Position numbers and translations under genes: made by a program
The notes under the pieces: generated by a model
What the model was told of the DNA's origin: nothing
The model's input: only the letters and a program-made list of their open reading frames with translations
The model's database searches: none
Part shown: positions 9,439 to 18,196 of the stretch, piece by piece
How the letters are laid out: every line of letters begins with the position of its first letter
Numbering within the stretch: position 1 is the stretch's first letter
From: Candidatus Enterousia sp.
GTDB lineage: Bacteria > Pseudomonadota > Alphaproteobacteria > Rs-D84
Length of the DNA: 64,000 nt
NCBI GenBank assembly: GCA_045629645.1
Contig: JAZQRR010000034.1
Coordinates: 10,996 to 74,995, forward strand
Direction of reading: 5' to 3'

Positions 9439-10146
9439 ATGTTCAGGACAACATTATTTAAAATTGCACTTTTCATATATTTTACATTATGGTCACCATT
9501 ATTATTAATCGGACTGGTATCAAAAAGATTATCACGCAAACTGGTATATGCCGATGCCGCAGGTGTTTTGATTCTGGCACGCCTGATATGTAACATAAAA
9601 TATCAGGTACATTATCCAACAACCGAAGAAAACGGTATTCCAAATATGCCTGATGGCAACAAACGCGTTGACGGGAAATCCATTGTTGCTGCAAAACACA
9701 TGTCCATACTAGAAATTGCAATAATATCCAAAGTAATGCCAAAAACATTTTTTATAATGAAACGTGAATTGTTATGGATACCTATTTACGGATGGGCATT
9801 TTGGCGTTGTGGTATGCTGGGCGTAAACCGCGCCAAAGGAAAAACAAATATGAAAAAGCTGGCTGACGACGTTGAAAAACGCGTCTTGGACGGTTATACG
9901 CTGGTAATATTCCCAGAAGGAACACGTGCAAAGCCAGGTCAACGCATTCCTTTAAAACGCGGTTTATTGTTATTAGCACACACATTAAAATTACCTATCT
10001 TGCCGGTTGGCACAGACGCCGGCCTGTATTGGCCAAAGCACGGCCGTATGAATTCCGGCACTGCAAACGTATGGTTTGAACCATTACTGCCATGCAATGC
10101 ATCACTGGACGAAATCAGCGACGCAATTAATCGGCACAGCGCATAA
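9439..10146 (+). CDS. plsC: 1-acyl-sn-glycerol-3-phosphate acyltransferase
   Basis: Acyltransferase HX4D-type motif region (AAKHMSILE) and FPEGTRA motif. Confidence 0.75.
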   Translation: MFRTTLFKIALFIYFTLWSPLLLIGLVSKRLSRKLVYADAAGVLILARLICNIKYQVHYPTTEENGIPNMPDGNKRVDGKSIVAAKHMSILEIAIISKVMPKTFFIMKRELLWIPIYGWAFWRCGMLGVNRAKGKTNMKKLADDVEKRVLDGYTLVIFPEGTRAKPGQRIPLKRGLLLLAHTLKLPILPVGTDAGLYWPKHGRMNSGTANVWFEPLLPCNASLDEISDAINRHSA

Positions 10147-10176
10147 AAAAATCCCCAAATGGGGATTTTTTTATTT
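10145..10176. terminator. Bidirectional terminator between plsC and the nuclease gene
   Basis: atccccaaatggggat hairpin flanked by an A-run and a T-run. Confidence 0.6.
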
Positions 10177-10551
10177 ACACCACCCGTAACGGCGACCGCC
10201 ATTATATGGACGTGCCAATTTTTGTTTTATCAAAACATCACCCAAATCACGCCCATCAGACAATATAACATTTGCATCAATTCGCCCCAGATATTTATCA
10301 TCTTTGATATTTTGTAAATCAACTGTCATCCCCACTGGTAACAATTCAGAAACAAAAGCCTTGGCCGATTTTGCCTTGACAATTTCAGCCACACATTCAC
10401 CATTTAATTCTGGCGTATCAACATTTATCAGACGAACGCGCGTCACAATTACAATATCATCAGCAACCTGTACACTTGCCGCAAACGTATCTCCATCCAA
10501 GACATAGTCCACCACAGCCGGCACCGCCATCGCAGAACAAGATAATAACAT
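10171..10551 (-). CDS. Secreted thermonuclease (SNase-like)
   Basis: Signal peptide [12 protein letters not shown], then the SNase motifs DGDTF...[10 protein letters not shown] and a C-terminal basic tail. The ORF is fused in frame upstream to an ABC-transporter remnant (see the next feature). Confidence 0.6.
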   Translation of the reverse strand: MLLSCSAMAVPAVVDYVLDGDTFAASVQVADDIVIVTRVRLINVDTPELNGECVAEIVKAKSAKAFVSELLPVGMTVDLQNIKDDKYLGRIDANVILSDGRDLGDVLIKQKLARPYNGGRRYGWCK

Positions 10552-10716
10552 ACCAAAGATTGCACCACAAAATTTATTCACCAACACCCCCCCTGTTTGC
10601 ATATCCCACAGTTTACGATAGACACCTCCTGAACGCAACAACTGTTTATGCGAACCACTTTCAACAATTTTGCCTTTATTCATAACAATAATTCTATCCA
10701 TATTACGCAACGTAGA
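10552..10716 (-). pseudogene. C-terminal remnant (~40 codons) of an ABC exporter ATPase (MsbA-like), fused in frame to the nuclease ORF
   Basis: Translation [43 protein letters not shown] matches the extreme C-terminus of ABC exporters (ADRIIVM-KG-IVE-G-H-ELL---G-Y--L---Q). A stop codon lies immediately upstream at 10719..10717, and no upstream ABC domain exists. Confidence 0.45.
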
Positions 10717-10810
10717 TAATCTGTGGGCAATACAAACAATCCGCCAAAAAAAATAAACAAATAAAAAAAAGACACATCAAATGTGCCTTTTTATTTTTTC
10801 AAAAACTACC

Positions 10811-12127
10811 CTATGGCAATTTTGGTGACCAGGTCGCTTCCAGTCCATTAACACCTTCTGGCAATTCGATGTCATATAAATTCTGTCCTGTAATATCTAC
10901 ACTACGAATATGACTGATACGTTCTATACCATCTTGATGCTTTTCCGTTTCATAATACACCAATCTGCGCGCCCCAGGTGCCCACGAAGGAGCCTCCATA
11001 AACCAACCGCCCGCCAATATCTTTTCATTTTTTCCCTGTGGCGTCATAATACCAATATAAAAAGTATCATCAGCAATCTTTGTAAATGCAATAAATTGCC
11101 CATCTGGCGACCATGCAGGTGTCGCATATCGCCCCTTGCCATAAGAAATTCTTGTCTCTTCACCAGAATCCAAATCCAAAATATGAATCTGCTGACGACC
11201 AGAACGGTCTGAATTAAACGCTAATTTTTTACCATCTGGCGAATAAGACGGACTGGTATTAATAGAATTACCAAACGTCAACTGACGTAATTGTTTTGCT
11301 TCGATATCATATTCATACAAATGGGTAATACCATTTTTTACCAAAGACAATGCCACCCGCCGACCATCTGGGGAAAAACGCGGTGCAAAGTTCATACCGC
11401 CAAAATTCCCCAACCTACGTTGTTCTCCGGTATTTAAATCCAACGTCCAAACACTGGGGTCGTCATTATAATAAGACAAAAATACAATAGTCTGCATATT
11501 CGGCGAAAAATGAGGAGACATAACAAAAGTATCCTCGTCAGACAAATAACGCATACCATGACCATCTTGATCCATTATCGCCAAGCGTTTAACACGTTTA
11601 TTTACTGGACCTGTTTCCGCAATAAACACTATCTGGGTGTCAAAATACCCCAATTCCCCTGTCAAGCGTTCATAAATCGCATCAGCCATAATATGCGCCA
11701 GACGCCGTACAGAATTGCGTCCTGCAACCAATGCCTGCGCTTCTATTTGTTCTGCCCCATTAACATCCCAAACATAAAATTCCAATTTATAACTATTATC
11801 AGGCGCAGATAATAATTTTGCCTGAACCAAGACCTGTGTTTTTATTGCCGTCCACAATTTGAAATTCGGCATTTGATTCATTTTTACATATTCTGGAAAC
11901 GCATCATGTCCAACAATTCTGAACAAACCCGTACGTGCCAAATCTTGTTCAACAACCTGACGAATTGTTGCTGCATCTTTTTCGCGAACATTGTCTGCGG
12001 TTTCAAATTTTAGCACTGCAACCGAAATAGGATTAACGCCACCAGCAACAATATCTACTTTTAATTCCGCCCTTGCAGGCAAGGCAAACACACAAAAAAA
12101 CAACAAACAGACAAGTTTCTTCAACAT
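10811..12127 (-). CDS. tolB: Tol-Pal system beta-propeller protein TolB
   Basis: 438 aa. The signal peptide is followed by the TolB N-domain and repeated SPDG..LAF/WSPDG propeller blades. Confidence 0.9.
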   Translation of the reverse strand: MLKKLVCLLFFCVFALPARAELKVDIVAGGVNPISVAVLKFETADNVREKDAATIRQVVEQDLARTGLFRIVGHDAFPEYVKMNQMPNFKLWTAIKTQVLVQAKLLSAPDNSYKLEFYVWDVNGAEQIEAQALVAGRNSVRRLAHIMADAIYERLTGELGYFDTQIVFIAETGPVNKRVKRLAIMDQDGHGMRYLSDEDTFVMSPHFSPNMQTIVFLSYYNDDPSVWTLDLNTGEQRRLGNFGGMNFAPRFSPDGRRVALSLVKNGITHLYEYDIEAKQLRQLTFGNSINTSPSYSPDGKKLAFNSDRSGRQQIHILDLDSGEETRISYGKGRYATPAWSPDGQFIAFTKIADDTFYIGIMTPQGKNEKILAGGWFMEAPSWAPGARRLVYYETEKHQDGIERISHIRSVDITGQNLYDIELPEGVNGLEATWSPKLP

Positions 12128-12252
12128 AATCTATCCCCTTTTCCTTTTCTTGTACGGCACAATTATATGCCCCAAAAAAACAAAAAGCAAGCAACACAAA
12201 CTACCACACATCCGCCCCTACAATCGCAAACACAAATGTAAATATATTTGTA

Positions 12253-12280
12253 TTGACAAATGTATTTACAATGGTATAGT
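12253..12280 (+). promoter_or_regulatory. Sigma70-like promoter (TTGACA-16-TATAGT) with overlapping inverted/direct repeats
   Basis: TTGACA at 12253..12258 and TATAGT at 12275..12280. ACAAATGTAWWTA occurs twice (12232..12245 and 12256..12269). The arms TGTAAATA/TATTTACA form an inverted repeat overlapping the -35 element. Confidence 0.5.
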
Positions 12281-12325
12281 GCGTTGTAAAGACTACGGTA
12301 TTGTATAAAGTATAGGAGTTTGCAT

Positions 12326-12550
12326 ATGCCAAATGTCATGCAACAATTGTTCGTAATGAACATCGAATCTTTATTGCGTGAATACGCCGCATACAAGGCT
12401 TTTAACAAATCAGATTGCGTTATTAATATGCGCATTCCACGCCCTGTTCTAGACAAGATAAAAGAACTGGCCGAAGAACAACACGTACCATATCAATCAT
12501 TGATATCGTCCGTATTGTTTTCATTGGCCAATATCGAAGATCACAAATAA
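12326..12550 (+). CDS. BrnA-like ribbon-helix-helix antitoxin (type II TA antitoxin family), orphan
   Basis: INMRIPRPVLDKIKELAEEQHVPYQSLISSVL resembles the BrnA/DUF4415 antitoxin core (RLD-D-I--FK--A---G--YQ-LIN--L). The RBS TAGGAG sits 7 nt upstream of the ATG at 12326. No BrnT-like ORF lies upstream. Confidence 0.5.
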   Translation: MPNVMQQLFVMNIESLLREYAAYKAFNKSDCVINMRIPRPVLDKIKELAEEQHVPYQSLISSVLFSLANIEDHK

Positions 12551-12570
12551 CCCAACCAAAAGACCACATC

Positions 12571-13524
12571 ATGACAAAAACATTCAAAGAAAAATTTGAC
12601 ACATTAAACAACTTAAAGCACACAGAAACACAAAAACCTGTATTTTGTGCTGAATTGTTTGAAACAAAAAATCCAACAACACAATCTTATATAATGCCAG
12701 AATATTGGTACGCATCAGATTTACTGAATATAATTCACCCTGATTTAGGCAACTCAACAACCGACTTATACAATTTTGCCACCACAAACTTAAAATGCAT
12801 ACGCGACAAAGAAATATTAAAACAACACATCGAAGAAAAAGAACAATCTTACACTCTGGGCAACAACACATACAAAAATGCCACAGATTATAAAATGTCG
12901 TCTTTTGCATGTTGGTGCGCCACAAACAATAATCCAGACCTTGTTTTTGAAAACTTATATTTCATATCATCCGTACTCAACAAAACACTTACACTTGCAG
13001 AATTAACACGTATGACAGATCAAATACGACGCATATACGCACGTCAGGAAACAATTAATTCAAAAAACACAGTCAGCAACACTATCCACAAACTATTAAA
13101 ACATAAAAAATACCAAAACCTTTCTTTGGACGAAATACAAAAACAAAACACCCAAGAATACAAAAAAATGAACTTCACAATATACAAGGCCTTCTTTGGA
13201 AACAACAATCAACACAACATCAAAGAAGCATACAATCTACAAAATGTAGATTTGTTTGATTATATTGGCATTAATTCTTTGAACCTGTTCATCAATGCCG
13301 TATCAAACGCAATCAAAACAACAAAACATAAAAAAAGTTGCAGCGCCCTTGGCTTTCAAAAAATACTGGTAGAAAAAATTGCAGATGAACGCAAAAAACT
13401 ACTAGAACAAGGAAAAGAAAGACCCGAATTCGACATTCAACAAAAAAGCGTACAAGAAATAGAACAAGAATATAAAAAATGGTGTGATTTGTTTATCGCA
13501 CAACAAAATCAAAAATTAATATAA
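12571..13524 (+). CDS. Hypothetical Asn/Lys-rich protein, likely co-transcribed with the BrnA-like gene
   Basis: 317-aa ORF starting 20 bp after the antitoxin-like gene. It has no recognisable motif and no signal peptide. Confidence 0.45.
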   Translation: MTKTFKEKFDTLNNLKHTETQKPVFCAELFETKNPTTQSYIMPEYWYASDLLNIIHPDLGNSTTDLYNFATTNLKCIRDKEILKQHIEEKEQSYTLGNNTYKNATDYKMSSFACWCATNNNPDLVFENLYFISSVLNKTLTLAELTRMTDQIRRIYARQETINSKNTVSNTIHKLLKHKKYQNLSLDEIQKQNTQEYKKMNFTIYKAFFGNNNQHNIKEAYNLQNVDLFDYIGINSLNLFINAVSNAIKTTKHKKSCSALGFQKILVEKIADERKKLLEQGKERPEFDIQQKSVQEIEQEYKKWCDLFIAQQNQKLI

Positions 13525-13533
13525 TATAAAAAT

Positions 13534-13560
13534 AAAAAATCCGGCAATGCCGGATTTTTT
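13534..13560. terminator. Bidirectional terminator
   Basis: aaaaaatccggcaatgccggatttttt: a perfect hairpin flanked by A-run and T-run. Confidence 0.6.
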
Positions 13561-13909
13561 ACCATGATTTAAACGCACCTGAGCATTCTAGTGAACCGTT
13601 TGGACCAGCTGCACTAATAAAGAAGCTTAATACCGCGCCAATACTGAACAACAACACAAAACCAACCAACATACCAACGCCTTTTTCTTTAAATTTATCC
13701 AGCTTAACATCACCTGGTTTTGAAATAAATTCCCATGCCCATTGTGCAATCAAGAAACCCGCACCAATAAACGCCAATGTACGCAATGTTTTCAACAGAT
13801 CACCCAGCTCTTTAATCAAATTACACAGACCGTCATTCGCCATTGCCGGTGCAACAGATGCCATAATTGCAATCAGCGCAAAATTTATTTTATTTGTAAT
13901 TTTTTTCAT
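13559..13909 (-). CDS. Small secreted two-TM protein, VirB2/TrbC-pilin-like (tentative)
   Basis: Long signal peptide MKKITNKINFALIAIMASVAPAMA. The mature part has two hydrophobic segments (TLAFIGAGFLIAQWAW; VGMLVGFVLLFSIGAVLSFFISAAG) separated by a charged loop. This is the topology of T4SS pilins. Confidence 0.3.
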   Translation of the reverse strand: MKKITNKINFALIAIMASVAPAMANDGLCNLIKELGDLLKTLRTLAFIGAGFLIAQWAWEFISKPGDVKLDKFKEKGVGMLVGFVLLFSIGAVLSFFISAAGPNGSLECSGAFKSW

Positions 13910-13997
13910 AAAAATCCCCCTTTTCTTCCCCATATTTTACCATAAAAAATACCGCAATTCAAATAATAATACAAAAAAACCGCCAAACGGCGGTTTA

Positions 13998-14351
13998 TTA
14001 TTTTACAAAAACATATTTTTTTGTTTTAATTGTCTTGCAGCAAGCATTCTGACATTTTGGTTGTTCTGCTTTAACATCTGCAACACTTGTCAAAATCTGA
14101 CGTTCTGTACGAGATGCAACACCCGCTGTATCACGCTGATACAAATCGCGACAGAAAGTATTGCGATAAACAACTTCCTTGTCTGTGTTCACATCACGAA
14201 TATCATCAGAATAACGTGCACCAGATTCTGTTGCATAGAAAATGCAATCTTCGCCATCTTGAACATAACGAATATTACCCTGATAATAATCATAGCTTGA
14301 ACATGCCGCCAAACCAGCAAAAGCCAACAAAGCAAACAAAGTTTTTTTCAT
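13998..14351 (-). CDS. Hypothetical lipoprotein
   Basis: Start at MKKTLFALLAFAGLAAC (lipobox). 117 aa with several Cys residues. Confidence 0.4.
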   Translation of the reverse strand: MKKTLFALLAFAGLAACSSYDYYQGNIRYVQDGEDCIFYATESGARYSDDIRDVNTDKEVVYRNTFCRDLYQRDTAGVASRTERQILTSVADVKAEQPKCQNACCKTIKTKKYVFVK

Positions 14352-14500
14352 ATCTAACACCCTTGTTTTATTAATACCCTCACCGCCCCCGATTCGTACA
14401 ATAATTGTTGCACAAAAATGACACAAGTCAAGTATTTGCAATAAAAACAGTTTATATGATATAATAACACCCATGAACAAAACAAAAAAAGGCACAAATT

Positions 14501-15445
14501 ATGAAATATTCTGATATGGGATTAGTAAACACAAAACAAATGTTCAAAAACGCATTAGAAAAAAAATACGCAGTACCTGCATTTAATTTTTATAATATGG
14601 AAACCTTAACCGCTATTTTGAACGCAGCACGCATAACACACAGTCCCGCTATACTGGCCGTATCAGAATCCGCATTAAAATATATGGGGCCAGATATGCT
14701 GATTGGTTTGATACGTGGCGCAAACATACAACCATCAGAACAAATCGCATTACATTTAGACCATGGCACAAATCTGGATATTTGCGAAACTGCAATAAAA
14801 CTTGGTTTCTCGTCAATAATGATTGACGCCAGCAAACTGACATTTGATGAAAACATTGCTATTTCAAAAACAGTTGCAACCTTGGCACATAAACATAACA
14901 TATCAGTCGAAGCAGAATTGGGCACACTTGGCGGAATTGAAGATGAAAACACATTTGGCACAACCAACTATACCAAACCTGCCGACGTAGAAAAATTTGT
15001 ATCTGAAACAAATATAGACTCTTTGGCAATCGCAATCGGAACCAGCCACGGCGCATACAAACGAAAAACCGCCGATGAAAAATTACGCTTTGATATATTA
15101 AAAGAAATTGAACACAGATTACCATCATTTCCACTGGTTCTGCATGGCGCATCACAAATACCACAAAACCTGATATCAGAAATAAACAATTTCGGGGGAA
15201 AGATTTCTGGCGCACTAGGCATCGATGATGAACAACTGCGACGCGCCACAGAAATGAATATATGCAAAATAAATATCGACAGCGACTTGCGTCTGGCATG
15301 CACCGCAGGCATCCGTAAATCGCTGGCAACAAAACCTGAAAACTTTAACCCGCGCGAATACCTATCAACAGCAACAGAAACAATGACCCAAACATGTATA
15401 AACACAATCAAAAATATTATGGGCAGTGAAAATAAATTAAATTAA
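14501..15445 (+). CDS. fba: Class II fructose-bisphosphate aldolase
   Basis: YAVPAFNFYNMETL..., LHLDHGT and AIAIGTSHGAYK motifs of class II (zinc) aldolases. Confidence 0.8.
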   Translation: MKYSDMGLVNTKQMFKNALEKKYAVPAFNFYNMETLTAILNAARITHSPAILAVSESALKYMGPDMLIGLIRGANIQPSEQIALHLDHGTNLDICETAIKLGFSSIMIDASKLTFDENIAISKTVATLAHKHNISVEAELGTLGGIEDENTFGTTNYTKPADVEKFVSETNIDSLAIAIGTSHGAYKRKTADEKLRFDILKEIEHRLPSFPLVLHGASQIPQNLISEINNFGGKISGALGIDDEQLRRATEMNICKINIDSDLRLACTAGIRKSLATKPENFNPREYLSTATETMTQTCINTIKNIMGSENKLN

Positions 15446-15733
15446 AACGTTTTAGATATAAACAGTGTCGGCAACATAGTGTACAGAAGTTACATGAGTT
15501 GCCAGCAACGCTTTTAGATACGCCTTGTTATAAATAAATTAGAATGATTTAGATAAAAGTAGTGCCGGCAACGTAGTGTACAAATGCTACATGAGTTGCC
15601 AGCAACGCTTTTAGATACGCCTTGTTATAAATAAACTAGAATGATTTAGATACAAGTAGTGCCGGCAACGTAGTGTACAAATGTTACATGAGTTGCCGGC
15701 ACCGCTTTTAGATAAATTATTATAATTTATTTT
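15446..15733. repeat. Three tandem copies (~97-bp period) of a palindromic intergenic repeat element
   Basis: Unit: TTTAGATA-N-GTAGTGCCGGCAACGTAGTGTACAAATGCTACATGAGTTGCC(A/G)GCA(A/C)CGCTTTTAGATACGCCTTGTTATAAATAAA(T/C)TAGAATGA. It contains an 11-bp inverted repeat GTGCCGGCAAC/GTTGCCGGCAC around a 22-nt loop. Copy 1 is degenerate. The array ends at the efp stop codon. Confidence 0.85.
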
Positions 15734-16296
15734 GCACGTTCTACGTATTCTAATGTTTCCGTATTTACGACAATCTTTTCGCCTTGTTCAATAAACAAAG
15801 GAACCTGAACACGAACACCATTATCCAAAATAGCTGGTTTACCGCCACTGGACGAAACAGTCTGCCCCTTTAATGCAGGTTCTGTTTCTTCGACCGTCGC
15901 AATAACCGTCTTTGGTAATGAAATAGAAACTGGCTGACCTTCTACAAAGTTCGCCTTGACCACCATTTCTGGCGCCAAGAATTTCATCGCTTCACCCAAA
16001 GAATCAACAGCCATTGTAAACTGTTCATAATCAGACAAATTCATAAAGAACGCATCTGTACCATCTGCATACAAATACTGACAATCAAAATCTTCAACCA
16101 TCAGTTTTTCAACTTTATCTTCTGCACGCCAACGATCACCACCCTTGTTACCAGAATCAATATCACGCAAATCAGCCTGAACAAACGCGCCACCCTTGCC
16201 TGGTTTAACCTTGGTAATAGAAGTTACAGAATAACGTTTACCATTGTGTGAAATTACCCAACCCACACGCATATCATTTGCAATATAAGATGCCAT
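15727..16296 (-). CDS. efp: Elongation factor P
   Basis: 189 aa; KPGKGGAFV (conserved Lys loop) and EF-P domain architecture. Confidence 0.9.
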   Translation of the reverse strand: MASYIANDMRVGWVISHNGKRYSVTSITKVKPGKGGAFVQADLRDIDSGNKGGDRWRAEDKVEKLMVEDFDCQYLYADGTDAFFMNLSDYEQFTMAVDSLGEAMKFLAPEMVVKANFVEGQPVSISLPKTVIATVEETEPALKGQTVSSSGGKPAILDNGVRVQVPLFIEQGEKIVVNTETLEYVERAK

Positions 16297-16358
16297 TATT
16301 AATACCCCTTGTAATTAACTGTTTTGATTATAAAAAGTTTATTAGTTAACGCAAGTTT

Positions 16359-16910
16359 TTATTTTTGCCCATTTCTTTTATCCGCCCAATAACGATCTAT
16401 ACTATCCATTATTAACTTATCCGCAGTTTCTCTGTCTGCCCATCCCAAAACTTTGGACCACGCATGTGGTTGCAAATCTTTATAATGCTGAAAAAAATAC
16501 TTTATTTTAGAACGCAAAATTGCTGGCAACTGTTCAACAAATTCCGTATCCGTATAAAAAGGATCGACCTTGTCACGTGGCACACATATAATTTTTTCAT
16601 CACCACCTGCCTGATCTTCCATCAACAGCGCACCAATTGGTCGCACTTCAATCAAAACCCCTGGACGCAATGGCGCACTGCACACGACCACACAATCCAA
16701 CGGATCACCATCATCGCCCAAGGTTCCTGGAAAATAACCATAATTTGCAGGATACGCCATTGGTGCATGTAAAATTCTGTCTGCTTTTAATAAGCCTGTT
16801 TCTTTATCAATTTCATATTTAACATAACCGCCTTCTGGCACTTCGATAATAGCATTCATTTTTTTTGGAGGCATTTTTCCTGCCACCATTTTTTCCAAAG
16901 ACATAAACAT
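16359..16910 (-). CDS. ppa: Inorganic pyrophosphatase
   Basis: Family I PPase motifs (DGDPLD, EDQAGGDEKII). Confidence 0.9.
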   Translation of the reverse strand: MFMSLEKMVAGKMPPKKMNAIIEVPEGGYVKYEIDKETGLLKADRILHAPMAYPANYGYFPGTLGDDGDPLDCVVVCSAPLRPGVLIEVRPIGALLMEDQAGGDEKIICVPRDKVDPFYTDTEFVEQLPAILRSKIKYFFQHYKDLQPHAWSKVLGWADRETADKLIMDSIDRYWADKRNGQK

Positions 16911-16968
16911 AACTCCTTTATCAAACCAACAACAAAATCAAACCGCCATTTTGGCGGTTTGTTTTGTA

Positions 16969-18087
16969 CTACATTCTCATTGGCATCAAAACATACAACG
17001 CATCCGTATCTTTATCCGTCGAATTTATTTTCGTCGGTGCCAAAGGATCTTGCATTTCCATCTGGAATTTATCACCTTCAACCTGTCCTGCAACATCCAA
17101 CAAGAATTTTACATTAAATACAACCGTAAACGAACTGTCACCATTATATTCTATATCTAATTCTTGTGTCGCAGTACCCGCATCTGGGCTGGACGCATTA
17201 ATAACCAATTTATTCATACTAAATGTCAACTGAACAGATTTTGTCTTGTCAACACTTGCAACAGAAACCAAATCAACCGCGTTAATAAATTGTTTTCTAT
17301 CCAAAATTGCAATTTTATCATTACCTTTTGGAATAACGACACGATAATTTGGATATTGTGCATCGACCAATTTGCTGGTTAATGTTGCGGACCCAACTGT
17401 AAAACGAGCCTTGGTATCAGACAATTCAACCAAAACATCATCAACATTTGCGTCTTCTAATAATTTAGACAATTCACCAATTACACGACGTGGCAAAATA
17501 ACCGCCGGCATTTCAGCACTGCCAGCAGGCGCAGGCAACGCACATAACGCCATACGTTGAGCATCCGTTGCAACCGCTGTTATTTTTTTTACATCACCAT
17601 CTTCCGAGATATGGAAATAAATTCCCCCCAAATGATAACGAACATCATCTGTTGGAATTGCAAACTTTGTCTGATTAATCAAGTGCGCCAAATCGCCAGT
17701 CGTCATCTGGAATTTAGTTGTCAAATTACTGCCCGCCATTGCTGGGAAATTTTCTGCTGGCAATGTTGGCAAACGAAATACTGCACGACCACTTGATACA
17801 ACCAACTGATCCCCTGACTGTTTAAAAGAAATTTCTGCATCATCTGGCAACTTACGAACAATATCGTACAACATTTGAACAGGAACTGTAATCTTGCCAC
17901 CCAAAGTTATGTCTGCGGCAACATGTTCAACCAATTCCAAATCAACATTTGTTGCAGACAACACTAAATCATCCGCGACTTCTAATTTTACATTCATCAA
18001 TATCGGCAGTGCTGCACGCTTTTCCACAATAGATTGCATATGCCCCAGCGCACGTATCAAAACCTGACGAAATACTGAAAACTCCAT
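16969..18087 (-). CDS. dnaN: DNA polymerase III beta sliding clamp
   Basis: 372 aa with the three-domain clamp pattern (MEFSVFRQVL...; C-terminal ...LMPMRM). Confidence 0.85.
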   Translation of the reverse strand: MEFSVFRQVLIRALGHMQSIVEKRAALPILMNVKLEVADDLVLSATNVDLELVEHVAADITLGGKITVPVQMLYDIVRKLPDDAEISFKQSGDQLVVSSGRAVFRLPTLPAENFPAMAGSNLTTKFQMTTGDLAHLINQTKFAIPTDDVRYHLGGIYFHISEDGDVKKITAVATDAQRMALCALPAPAGSAEMPAVILPRRVIGELSKLLEDANVDDVLVELSDTKARFTVGSATLTSKLVDAQYPNYRVVIPKGNDKIAILDRKQFINAVDLVSVASVDKTKSVQLTFSMNKLVINASSPDAGTATQELDIEYNGDSSFTVVFNVKFLLDVAGQVEGDKFQMEMQDPLAPTKINSTDKDTDALYVLMPMRM

Positions 18088-18196
18088 TATACGCTCCTGT
18101 TTCCTTCTTTATAAATATTTGTTTTCCTACACTCTTTTGCCATAGTGTAACAAAAAACCCCGATTCGGTGCAAGAGCAAAAAAACCATATCAATAA

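Noticed and set aside
12584-12925. Minus-strand 113-aa ORF opposite the 317-aa hypothetical gene.
   Set aside because: It is embedded antisense within a longer ORF that has an operon-like position after the RHH gene. It has a Cys/Leu-rich junk composition and no RBS.
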